Assembly: GCA_045603645.1 (NCBI GenBank)
Contig: JAZUMN010000084.1
Coordinates: 7,019 to 71,018, forward strand
Direction: 5' to 3'
DNA: 64,000 nt
From: Alistipes sp.
GTDB taxonomy: Bacteria > Bacteroidota > Bacteroidia > Bacteroidales > Rikenellaceae
A program made the position numbers and the translations under genes. The notes beneath the pieces are model-generated. The model was not told the DNA's origin, searched no databases, and worked only from the letters and a program-made list of their open reading frames with translations. Shown here piece after piece: positions 1-7,922 of the stretch. Each line of letters begins with the position of its first letter. Positions within the stretch are counted from its first letter, which is position 1.

Positions 1-1
1 C

Positions 2-427
2 GAGTCAACCCCAGGCTTTGCCGAGGTTGTAGAGCAGTATGGCAACACCCCAGCGGGTAACCTGGCTAAGATGTATGCTGCATCTTGCGCACTGCGTCTG
101 GGCGAGTTGGAGGCTGCTGAGGAGTATATCAACTCTTTCAAGAGTGTCAAGGGCATCCCTGGCAGTATGATTAACGCACTGGCCGAGGGTATCAAGGGCG
201 ACATCGCCGTTGAGAAGGAGGAGTACGCAAAGGCTGCCGGCTGCTTCGAGAAGGCTGCCGAGGCAAGCATCAACGACTTCACAACACCTATGTATCTTCG
301 CAAGGCTGCGTTGGCATTCGAGGCTATGGGCGAGCAGGCTAAGGCACAGGAGTGCTACAAGACTATCAACGAGAAGTATCCTCGTTCGGTAGAGGCTCGC
401 GATGCTATGAAGCACGTAACAGAGTAA
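2..427 (+). CDS. Tetratricopeptide-repeat protein, 5'-truncated by the window edge
   Basis: Frame is open from base 2 (ESTPGFAEVVEQYGNTPAGNLAKMY...). TPR-like helices, C-terminal 'INEKYPRSVEA'. Usual Bacteroidota neighbour of ribH. Confidence 0.8.
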   Translation, partial: ESTPGFAEVVEQYGNTPAGNLAKMYAASCALRLGELEAAEEYINSFKSVKGIPGSMINALAEGIKGDIAVEKEEYAKAAGCFEKAAEASINDFTTPMYLRKAALAFEAMGEQAKAQECYKTINEKYPRSVEARDAMKHVTE

Positions 428-452
428 CAATATTTAAGCAAGAGGGCGAGAA

Positions 453-854
453 ATGGCGCAGTACAAGGTTGGTGTGATTATCGTGGATGAGCAGGCAGCA
501 TTTGCCAATCTCAACCTGATGGCCGCCACCGAGAGCCTTAAAGCCTTGGGCTGTGGCGAGAGTAATATTCTTGTCAGGGAGGCGCCAAAGATTTTCAACG
601 TAACCCTCACGACCCAATTCCTGGCCGAATATACCGACGTGGATGCTGTGGTGGTACTCGCCGAGGATGACCACACGGCAGCTTTCGAGGCTATGCTCTA
701 TGGCTTGACAAAGTTACAGATTGCGTGGAATATGCCCGTCACGGTGGGTGACTTCACGGCAGCTGCCGAGGCTATTGAGATGGTCGCCCTGCAAAACAAG
801 ATGGAGGCGGAAGCCCCCGAGAACATCACGCAGGATAGCAGGTCGATAAATTAG
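453..854 (+). CDS. ribH: Degenerate 6,7-dimethyl-8-ribityllumazine synthase (RibH) homologue
   Basis: RibH-fold segments 'KVGVII', 'QFLAEYTDVDAVVVL', 'LQIAWNMPVTVG', 'AIEMV' and TPR-ribH synteny. Catalytic motifs are absent. Confidence 0.75.
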   Translation: MAQYKVGVIIVDEQAAFANLNLMAATESLKALGCGESNILVREAPKIFNVTLTTQFLAEYTDVDAVVVLAEDDHTAAFEAMLYGLTKLQIAWNMPVTVGDFTAAAEAIEMVALQNKMEAEAPENITQDSRSIN

Positions 855-872
855 GCAGGAGGAGGAAATAAT

Positions 873-970
873 GAGCCTGTCTAACAAGTTCAATTTTTAC
901 GATTTCACCCCCATCAGAAGCACTTCTGGCAGGGGTGATTTTCATTTTTTAAGACTTATTAGACAGTCCC
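873..970. mobile_element. MITE-like element of about 98 bp with imperfect terminal inverted repeats
   Basis: gagcctgtctaacaagt (873-889) pairs with acttattagacagtccc (954-970). Internal hairpin tcacccc...ggggtga. Followed by a T-run, so it may also terminate ribH. Confidence 0.6.
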
Positions 971-984
971 TTTTTTATATACAT

Positions 985-1165
985 TGAGCATTTTGAACAC
1001 AAGTGTAACGCCAAAATTACCTTGTTAGGCAACTCATTTCTTATTATAAATTGTATAACAAGAGGAATTTTTAGGCACACGAAGTGCGAAAAAGCGGAGT
1101 TTACTTGGCGTAAATGAGCATTTTGAGCACAAGTGTAACGCCAAAATTACCTTGTTAGGCAATCT
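985..1165. repeat. Palindromic MITE/RPE-like element (1048-1165) preceded by a duplicate of its 3' half (985-1032)
   Basis: 48-bp direct repeat at 985-1032 and 1115-1162 with 1 mismatch. Ends ttgtataacaag...cttgttaggcaa. Core gcggagtttacttggcgtaaatgagc. Confidence 0.8.
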
Positions 1166-1844
1166 ATATTTTTCTTAAAGCCTCTATAAACCCACTATTC
1201 CTCTGCCATATAGGCTCTGTGGCAAACCAAAACTCGCGTGCCTCGGTCTGCTGCGAAGGTCGTTCCGAACGGCAATCTTTGATATAGGCCTCGTCGGCAA
1301 GGTGCTCTGGTGCTATAAACTCCTCATACCACTGCTTGTGACGTGTGCGCAGCTGACGCAAGGCGTCACGGTCAATGCCCTGCGAGCGACGATACTCCGC
1401 CCACAGCGTGAGCAGCTGATACTCCGCCGTCTTGGGCGACATGTCAAACATGGCACTCTCCAAGCAGTCGTAATCCTCAATCTCAACATAGGCAAATGCC
1501 AGCGGCACAACAGCCTCCATGTGGTCCTCCTCATCGACATCCAGCAGAGTCTCCCACAGCGCCACGGCCGTCTCCACCTCACCCACAAATAGGTTATCGA
1601 CCGCCGAGCGGTAGAGTATCTCCATCGCCGAGCGCGAGCCCTTGTCGTTCCAATCCAGACGTACAGGCTCCTCACCTACGGCATCAAGCAACTGCTGGGC
1701 ACACTCAAAACGCAAGGTGCACGCCTGCTCCCAATCTCCCTCCTGCTCCAAGCGCTGCGTGCGGCGCAGCAAGGCCGAGAATCTCTCGCCATCCTCTACC
1801 TGCCACAACTCGGCAGATATTGGTCTAAGCCTTACTCTTGTCAT
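1164..1844 (-). CDS. Conserved hypothetical TPR-like helical protein
   Basis: 226 aa ORF with genome-typical codon use, overlapping the cstA stop. TPR-like 'AVALWETLLDVDEEDH'. Confidence 0.65.
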   Translation of the reverse strand: MTRVRLRPISAELWQVEDGERFSALLRRTQRLEQEGDWEQACTLRFECAQQLLDAVGEEPVRLDWNDKGSRSAMEILYRSAVDNLFVGEVETAVALWETLLDVDEEDHMEAVVPLAFAYVEIEDYDCLESAMFDMSPKTAEYQLLTLWAEYRRSQGIDRDALRQLRTRHKQWYEEFIAPEHLADEAYIKDCRSERPSQQTEAREFWFATEPIWQRNSGFIEALRKI

Positions 1845-3258
1845 CGCGACGGCATTTAAGTGATGCGAGAAGCGCTATCACAAGGGTAACCACACCACCA
1901 AGGATGTATGCCAAAGTGCGGTTCTCCATGCCGATAAACTCCTTCTCGGAGATGAATACGTAGCTGCTGCATATATAGGTCATAAAGAGTGCAGGGATGA
2001 GCGAGAGCCAATATACCTGACCACCCTTCTTGTAGAGATATACGGTTATGGTCCACAGCACAAAAACGCTGAGCGTCTGGTTTGACCACGCAAAGTAACG
2101 CCATAGCACATCGAAATTTACAAAGAGCAGCGACACACCCACAGCAAAGAGAACAGCACTCACGGCAAGACGCTTTACGAGGCTCTTTTGGTCAATGTGA
2201 AATATGTCGGCAATGATAAGACGTGCCGAGCGAAAGGCGGTGTCACCCGACGTTATGGGAGCAGCTACGACACCCAGCAGAGCCAGCAGGCCGCCCGCAA
2301 CACCCAGGGTGGTGTTGGCTATAAGGTTCACAGCCCAGCCCGCATTGTTGCCGTGCGCAGCGAGAGCCTCTTGCAGAGCCTCCACCCCACCGAAGAACGC
2401 CATGCCTATTGCCGCCCATATAAGGGCTATGACCGACTCGGTAATCATAGCGCCATAAAATACCGAACGGCACTCCTTCTCGTTATTTACGCAACGCGCC
2501 ATAAGAGGTGACTGCGTAGCGTGGAAGCCCGATATGGCACCACAGGCGATGGTGATGCAGAGGGTAGGAATTAAAGGCAGGCTCTCGGCGTCGAAGTGCT
2601 GGTTGCGAATCTCGGTAAGTTCAGGAACAGTGTAGTCTCCAAAGAGGATTACGCCCAACAATCCCAGCGCCATAAATATCAGCGCAGCACCGAATATGGG
2701 GTATATCTTACCTATGAGCTTGTCGATGGGCAGCAGCGTAGCTACGAAATAATAGACTATTATAAGCCCTATCCACCACCACAGTCCTATGTTCTCGAAC
2801 ATGCCGTCGAGCAGGGTGGCAGGGGTGCGGATAAATACGGCGCCAACAAGAACGAGCACCACAATAGAGAACACTCTGAGCACGAACTTGGTCTTGTCAC
2901 CCAAATAGATACCGATGATTTCGGGGATGCTCAGACCACCGTGGCGCAGCGATATTACAGCCGACACATAGTCGTGCATGGCCCCGAGAAATATACCACC
3001 GAAGGTTATCCACAGAAACGCCACAGGGCCGTAGCACGCACCCATAATAGCGCCGAAGATGGGGCCCACACCCGCTATGTTGAGCAGCTGGATGAGGAAT
3101 GTGCGCCAGCGAGGCATGGGGATATAATCCACCCCGTCGTAGAGCGACTTTGAAGGCACCACGGCCTTATCGTTTATCTGACACACATGGTCAAGATATG
3201 CTCCATAGCCGAAGTACGCCACTACGAGCAAAGCCAGGCAAATTAAGAATGTAATCAT
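1825..3258 (-). CDS. cstA: Carbon starvation protein A (CstA family transporter)
   Basis: 'QLLNIAGVGPIFG', 'ITIACGAISGFHATQSP', 'PITSGDTAFRSARL' and many TM segments. Confidence 0.95.
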   Translation of the reverse strand: MITFLICLALLVVAYFGYGAYLDHVCQINDKAVVPSKSLYDGVDYIPMPRWRTFLIQLLNIAGVGPIFGAIMGACYGPVAFLWITFGGIFLGAMHDYVSAVISLRHGGLSIPEIIGIYLGDKTKFVLRVFSIVVLVLVGAVFIRTPATLLDGMFENIGLWWWIGLIIVYYFVATLLPIDKLIGKIYPIFGAALIFMALGLLGVILFGDYTVPELTEIRNQHFDAESLPLIPTLCITIACGAISGFHATQSPLMARCVNNEKECRSVFYGAMITESVIALIWAAIGMAFFGGVEALQEALAAHGNNAGWAVNLIANTTLGVAGGLLALLGVVAAPITSGDTAFRSARLIIADIFHIDQKSLVKRLAVSAVLFAVGVSLLFVNFDVLWRYFAWSNQTLSVFVLWTITVYLYKKGGQVYWLSLIPALFMTYICSSYVFISEKEFIGMENRTLAYILGGVVTLVIALLASLKCRRDDKSKA

Positions 3259-3416
3259 AGCCTTTATATTTAATTATCTTAATTCAAATTAGGGTTTGTA
3301 AGTGCGAAGGTACGAAAAATAGCATAAATAAACTGCTTTTTTTTATTTAAGATGGTTAAACTTACAAAATAATTACGATATTTGCACCTGCAAAGAGGTC
3401 GCACGATGACCCTCAG

Positions 3417-3488
3417 GCTGAATTAGCTCAGTGGTAGAGCACTTCCCTCGTAATGAAGGGGTCCCGAGTTCAAGTCTCGGATTCAGCT
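3417..3488 (+). tRNA. tRNA-Thr (anticodon CGT)
   Basis: GCTGAAT/ATTCAGC acceptor stem, GCTC/GAGC D-stem, loop CTCGTAA, T-arm CCGAG-TTCAAGT-CTCGG. CCA is not encoded. Confidence 0.95.
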
Positions 3489-3496
3489 CTAAAAAG

Positions 3497-3529
3497 AAAA
3501 TGGAGGTTTTATGCCTCCATTTTGTTTTT
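3497..3529 (+). terminator. Intrinsic terminator after the tRNA
   Basis: aaaatggagg...cctccatttt hairpin followed by T-rich sequence. Confidence 0.75.
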
Positions 3530-3576
3530 ATAATGTGTCGAGACTTAGAACGAGGGGCGAGTTCAACTGCTCAACA

Positions 3577-3613
3577 GCCGAGCGCAGAGGGTGCTTGCAC
3601 ACTATGCCGAGGC
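3577..3613. repeat. Short intergenic repeat with an inverted copy at 6248-6278
   Basis: cgagcgcagagggtgcttgcacactatgccgag versus the reverse complement of 6248-6278, cgagagcagagggcttgcacactatgccgag. Confidence 0.75.
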
Positions 3614-3684
3614 GCCAAGCAGAAACAAGTATTGCGCAAAGTGTAAAAACCTCCCAACGGCTTGTCGGGAGGGGTGACACTCAT

Positions 3685-4020
3685 TTAATCTTTTACACTT
3701 AGAAGTTCATCAATCTTTTTTATTTTATCTATACATGTATAGGCTGGAGGATTTGTAGTTACCGCATCTCTTCTATATTCATATCTTAATTTGTGGCATT
3801 TTTTCTTAAACATACGCTTTACCCAATACTCAATTGCATAAGCTATTGTAGAAGAAATTACAGAAATTCCAACGACAATATAGATTATAAATGTAATTTT
3901 AAATACACAATACACCTTATTTGCGTGAGCTAATAATAAACCTATATGTAAAAATATTAACCAAATAAAATTTTGATTTATATATAAATTTTTCAATAAT
4001 TGAGTTAAGAAATCTTTCAT
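3685..4020 (-). CDS. AT-rich hypothetical membrane protein (2 TM segments)
   Basis: 111 aa ORF in AT-rich DNA, ATG preceded by an A-rich tract, two hydrophobic segments. Confidence 0.55.
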   Translation of the reverse strand: MKDFLTQLLKNLYINQNFIWLIFLHIGLLLAHANKVYCVFKITFIIYIVVGISVISSTIAYAIEYWVKRMFKKKCHKLRYEYRRDAVTTNPPAYTCIDKIKKIDELLSVKD

Positions 4021-4155
4021 AATTTTATTGCGCTTTAATGAGGTATTTTACTGTTTTGTTGTAGCTAATACATGACCTCAATCTGCATCATAAGATGCTG
4101 AGTGGTCTATGGAATAACAGATAGTTATCGTAAGCGAGGGTCTCTCTGTGGGTTT

Positions 4156-5652
4156 TTACACTCCTTCTATTAAATTAGCATATATGCTCCAACATACATC
4201 ATTTTTGTATAAATCTAAAACACTATTGTCCACAAAAACCTTCAAAGTACTACTATTGGTTATTTCTGTACAATAATATGAGTATGTTGTGTTGTGTTTT
4301 TTCGAAAATAAAAAATAGGATTTTCCATCGCCAAGAGTCGTTACAATGTCTAATTTTTCAATATGGGGCGGTATTTGAGCATTGCATTTGACAAATTCCA
4401 AGGCACTACAATCACAAAAACACGCTGTGCCAATATTGGTTATACCTTTCCCCAATTGAACATTTTTCAATGAACGGCAATTATAAAATATCCAAGCTCC
4501 AATCTTTGTAACACCGTCTGGGATTGTACAATTTGTCAACGAATTACAACTATCAAATGCGTGATCTCCAATCGTCGTTACGGCCTCAGGTAATTCAATC
4601 TTCCACAAATTCGAGCAACCACTCAAAGCATTTCCAGGAATTGCGGTAACTCCCGTAAAATATTTAAACTCTGTAAATGCAACTATGTTGGTATTGCCTT
4701 TGAAAATGGTTCCAATATCCGTTACTGCTGCTGCCTCGGAATAGGAGAGTTCGCCATCGTTGTTGGTGTCCCAATTCTTACAGCAGATTGCCTTTACTTG
4801 CAAGTCTTCAAATTGAATATTCTCCTTGTCGTGCTTTGTAAGCGTTATCATCGTACCGTCTGCAAGATTAAAATATACATACTCATCATCTTGTGTTACG
4901 CTCTTGAAGATGCTATCTCCATCCTCACCGTCACTTCCATCGCTGCCATCCTCGCCCGTAGCCTTGCCGAGTTGCGACCAGGTTGTGCCATTGTCGTAAG
5001 AGATATGCCAATAATCATCCTCAATCTTCAAGCGAGGTGTTACGCCGTCTGCACCATCTTTGCCATCAGTACCATTTACGCCATCTTGACCGTCGGCACC
5101 GTCGGCTCCATCTGCTCCATCTGCTCCATCTGCTCCATCCTTTCCATCAGTGCCATTTACACCATCCTTGCCATTTGTTCCATCTTTACCATCCTTGCCG
5201 TCAGTGCCGACAGCCTTAATCTTATTACCCTTGCCGTCAAGCAACCACTCGCCATCAAGAGTCCAATAGTAAATGTTGTCGGAGTCTTTCATCACGCCAA
5301 TTTGTGGAGTGTAGACATTTTTGCCATTCGCGCCATCCTTGCCGTCTGCGCCATCCTCGCCATTGTAAATGGTGATTGTGTCGCTATTAGCAAATGCAAT
5401 GGTGTAGCCAACAATCTCGCCATCCTTGCGTATGGGCGACACATTGGTTACATGGTCACGTTTTTCCACCGCTTCAACAATGGTTTGCAGGGCTTTAAGG
5501 TTGGTGTTCATCTGCTTGCACAACTCTTCGAGAGCAGATATGCGCTCCTCGTGATTGTCGAGTTTGTTCCAAATCTCGGTGTCGTCGAACTCGTTGCACG
5601 ACGAAAAAACCGCTGCACAAAATAGGGCAGTAACAAAAATTAGTCTCTTCAT
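4156..5652 (-). CDS. Surface lipoprotein: DUF4988/PL29-N-type coiled-coil N-terminus, G-x-D collagen-like repeats and BspA-type leucine-rich repeats
   Basis: Start reassigned to MKRLIFVTALFCAAVFSSC (lipobox). 'RISALEELCKQMNTN', GKDGADG repeats, 'WDTNNDGELSYSEAAAV', 'LPEAVTTIGDHAFDSC'. Confidence 0.85.
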   Translation of the reverse strand: MKRLIFVTALFCAAVFSSCNEFDDTEIWNKLDNHEERISALEELCKQMNTNLKALQTIVEAVEKRDHVTNVSPIRKDGEIVGYTIAFANSDTITIYNGEDGADGKDGANGKNVYTPQIGVMKDSDNIYYWTLDGEWLLDGKGNKIKAVGTDGKDGKDGTNGKDGVNGTDGKDGADGADGADGADGADGQDGVNGTDGKDGADGVTPRLKIEDDYWHISYDNGTTWSQLGKATGEDGSDGSDGEDGDSIFKSVTQDDEYVYFNLADGTMITLTKHDKENIQFEDLQVKAICCKNWDTNNDGELSYSEAAAVTDIGTIFKGNTNIVAFTEFKYFTGVTAIPGNALSGCSNLWKIELPEAVTTIGDHAFDSCNSLTNCTIPDGVTKIGAWIFYNCRSLKNVQLGKGITNIGTACFCDCSALEFVKCNAQIPPHIEKLDIVTTLGDGKSYFLFSKKHNTTYSYYCTEITNSSTLKVFVDNSVLDLYKNDVCWSIYANLIEGV

Positions 5653-5695
5653 AGTTTGAAAATTTGTGCCACTCGGCTCCTGCGTGACGGTAAGC

Positions 5696-5910
5696 AAAAA
5701 GAAAGTGTGGAGTCGATTTCGTTTATTGAATAGAGGCTCTGACAAAACCTTGACCAAAATAAACGATACAATGCCCCACACTTGGATAGTATGGGATAAG
5801 TACGCCGAATGCGTATAGCCACATAACTATACAAGAAATGAGTGCTGTTCGTATCTCCTTTGGTCTTGAAAACTGTCAGATTTTCTATTCAGGAGTGCGA
5901 AAACACTTTC
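5696..5910 (-). ncRNA. Putative structured 5' leader, long hairpin plus U-tract (copy C)
   Basis: On the minus strand: gaaagtgt...acactttc-ttttt closing stem, tgaataga/tctattca and tctgaca/tgtcaga stems. Homologous to 10430-10616 and 54567-54752. Confidence 0.6.
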
Positions 5911-5952
5911 TATATGTCTGCTGCTCGGGTGTTTACACACCTTTCAGCATTG

Positions 5953-5960
5953 CAAAATTA
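5953..5960 (-). promoter_or_regulatory. Bacteroidota sigma-A -7 element (TAatTTTG)
   Basis: Matches TAnnTTTG upstream of leader copy C. Confidence 0.6.
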
Positions 5961-6140
5961 AAAATAATTTCCGAAACGAACAACACTCCGCGAGGCATTG
6001 TTTGCGTATTATAAAATAAATTCCGTCATGCCACATTTTTGCACGGGACAACAGTTGCAATAGTGATTAGGTGCAGGCAAAAATGATTGGCATCTACCTT
6101 TGTAAAAAGGCAGTTGCAGGAGAAGTAATTGTAAGCGGTA

Positions 6141-6308
6141 GATTCCCGTCGTCGGCTACGCCTCCGGGGAATGACGTTTATATATTTTCTGCTCTCGCCT
6201 TAATAGCAGCGTTAATCCACCACAAGGGTGGCTTTTCACCGCCTCGGCTCGGCATAGTGTGCAAGCCCTCTGCTCTCGCCTTATCGGCGGTGTTCCGGGG
6301 AATGACGT
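6141..6308. repeat. Cluster of REP-like repeats
   Basis: gattcccgtcgtcggctacgcctccggggaatgac (6141-6175). Both tccggggaatgacgt and tctgctctcgcctta occur twice in the cluster. A related copy lies at 11432-11464. Confidence 0.65.
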
Positions 6309-6320
6309 GCAAATACAAAC

Positions 6321-6354
6321 AAAAACCGCCTAACCCAACGAGTTAGACGGTTTA
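6321..6354 (-). terminator. Intrinsic terminator downstream of pgi
   Basis: aaaaccgcctaac/gttagacggtttt hairpin with a T-tract on the minus strand. Confidence 0.7.
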
Positions 6355-6371
6355 TTGATTTATAAAAAGGA

Positions 6372-6540
6372 ATATTTCAAGGCTTGCACCACCACCAAAA
6401 AAGTGGATAGTTGTGGCTGTTTTGAGGCTGGTGCAGATTTGAGATGCGGAGCATACTATGCGTATGTGAGCAATCGCAAATCAAGCCAGACGCCACAACA
6501 GCCCAACTTGTCACTTTTTTCAAGCGTAACGCAGAAATAG
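6372..6540. repeat. RPE-like long imperfect palindrome
   Basis: aaaaaagtggatagttgtggctgtt pairs with aacagcccaacttgtcactttttt. Core gcggagcatactatgcgtatgtgagc at 6446-6471. Confidence 0.7.
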
Positions 6541-6561
6541 CCTCGTTATTTTCTTTTTCTC

Positions 6562-7893
6562 TTACAAGCGAGCCTTAATAGCCTTCGACTCCTCCTCATA
6601 CCCAGGCTTGTCCAGAAGAGCAAACATATTCTTCTTGTAAGCCTCAACACCGGGCTGGTTGAATGGGTTTACACCGAGGATGTAACCGCTGATACCGCAC
6701 GCCTTCTCGAAGAAGTAGATAAGCGCACCGATAGAGCTTTCGTCGATGGATGGTATCTCGATGCAGAGCTGTGGCACGCCACCGTCGATGTGCGCCAGAC
6801 GCACGCCGAGTTCTGCCATCTTGTTAATCTCCGATATACGCTTGCCGGCAAGGAAGTTCAAGCCGTCGAGGTTAGCCTCCTCGGCCTCAACCTTAACCGT
6901 ATGCTTGGCGTTCTCGACAGAGATGATGGTCTCGAAGAGAGTGCGCTCGCCCTCCTGAATATACTGACCCATAGAGTGAAGGTCGGCAGTGAGAGTAACG
7001 CTTGCAGGGAAGATACCCAGACCATCCTTACCCTCAGACTCGCCATAGAGCTGCTTCCACCACTCGGCAACATACTGCAACTTAGGCTCGTAAGAACCCA
7101 AAATCTCAACCTTCTTGCCCGCCTTGTAGAGCTCGTTACGCACGATAGCATACTGCGCCGCGAGGTTATCCTCAACCTGCACGTCGGCAGAGGTAGCCTT
7201 CTCCATAGCCTGTGCGCCTGCGACCAAAGCCTTGATGTCGATGCCCGCAACAGCCAAAGGCAGCAAGCCTACGGGAGTGAGAACAGAGAAACGACCACCC
7301 ACATTATCGGGAATGACGAATGTAGGATAGCCCTCCTGCGTAGCCAAAGTCTTCAACGCACCACGCGCAGCGTCGGTGATGGCCACGATACGCTCGGCAG
7401 CCTCCGCCTTGCCGTAACGCTTCTCCAACTCGGCCTTGATAAGGCGGAAGGCGATAGCTGGCTCGGTGGTAGTACCCGACTTAGAGATTACAATGGCAGC
7501 CACAGAGTACTCCTTGGTAGCCTCCAACAACTCGTAGGTGTAATCCTCAGAGATATTCTGACCCGCGAAAACCACGGTTGGGTTTGCGTGCTTCTTATTC
7601 AAAAACTCAAAAGAGTTACTCATGGCCTCAATAACGGCCTTAGCTCCCAGGTAAGAGCCTCCGATACCGATGCAGATGACAACATCGGCCTTGGCACGCA
7701 ACTTAGCAGCCTGTGCCTCGATAGCGGCAATCTGCTCCGCATCGATAGATGATGGGAGGTTCACCCAACCCAAAAAATCATTCCCTGCGCCCTCACCCGA
7801 GTGCAGCAACTCATTAGCCTTCTGCGCCGCGGCCTTCATCTCCTGAGAGATGACAACGCCCGACTTGGCTGTATCCAATTTCATTAAACTCAT
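6562..7893 (-). CDS. pgi: Glucose-6-phosphate isomerase
   Basis: 'GIGGSYLG', 'ISKSGTTTE', 'GGRFSV', 'QLYGESEGK', '[10 protein letters not shown]'. Confidence 0.98.
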   Translation of the reverse strand: MSLMKLDTAKSGVVISQEMKAAAQKANELLHSGEGAGNDFLGWVNLPSSIDAEQIAAIEAQAAKLRAKADVVICIGIGGSYLGAKAVIEAMSNSFEFLNKKHANPTVVFAGQNISEDYTYELLEATKEYSVAAIVISKSGTTTEPAIAFRLIKAELEKRYGKAEAAERIVAITDAARGALKTLATQEGYPTFVIPDNVGGRFSVLTPVGLLPLAVAGIDIKALVAGAQAMEKATSADVQVEDNLAAQYAIVRNELYKAGKKVEILGSYEPKLQYVAEWWKQLYGESEGKDGLGIFPASVTLTADLHSMGQYIQEGERTLFETIISVENAKHTVKVEAEEANLDGLNFLAGKRISEINKMAELGVRLAHIDGGVPQLCIEIPSIDESSIGALIYFFEKACGISGYILGVNPFNQPGVEAYKKNMFALLDKPGYEEESKAIKARL

Positions 7894-7922
7894 CGTTACT
7901 TATGTTTTATTATGTGTAAAAA

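Noticed and set aside
985-1162. CRISPR array
   Set aside because: Only two 48-bp copies about 80 bp apart, both part of a palindromic element, and no cas genes.
3443-3459. C-U mismatch at the base of the tRNA-Thr anticodon stem as a sign of a pseudo-tRNA
   Set aside because: All other arms are canonical and a terminator follows. A single 31-39 mismatch is tolerated.
5653-5781. N-terminal extensions given by the ORF track (also 11914-12006, 17557-17661, 20946-20999, 49188-49244, 54023-54085, 56995-57063 and 59721-59828)
   Set aside because: Downstream ATGs give proper signal peptides or family starts. The extensions overlap neighbouring genes, promoters or the leader.
3417-6560. Integrative element or prophage at tRNA-Thr
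   Set aside because: No integrase, and I found no duplicate of the tRNA 3' end (attR) by eye. Only a small accessory block is supported.
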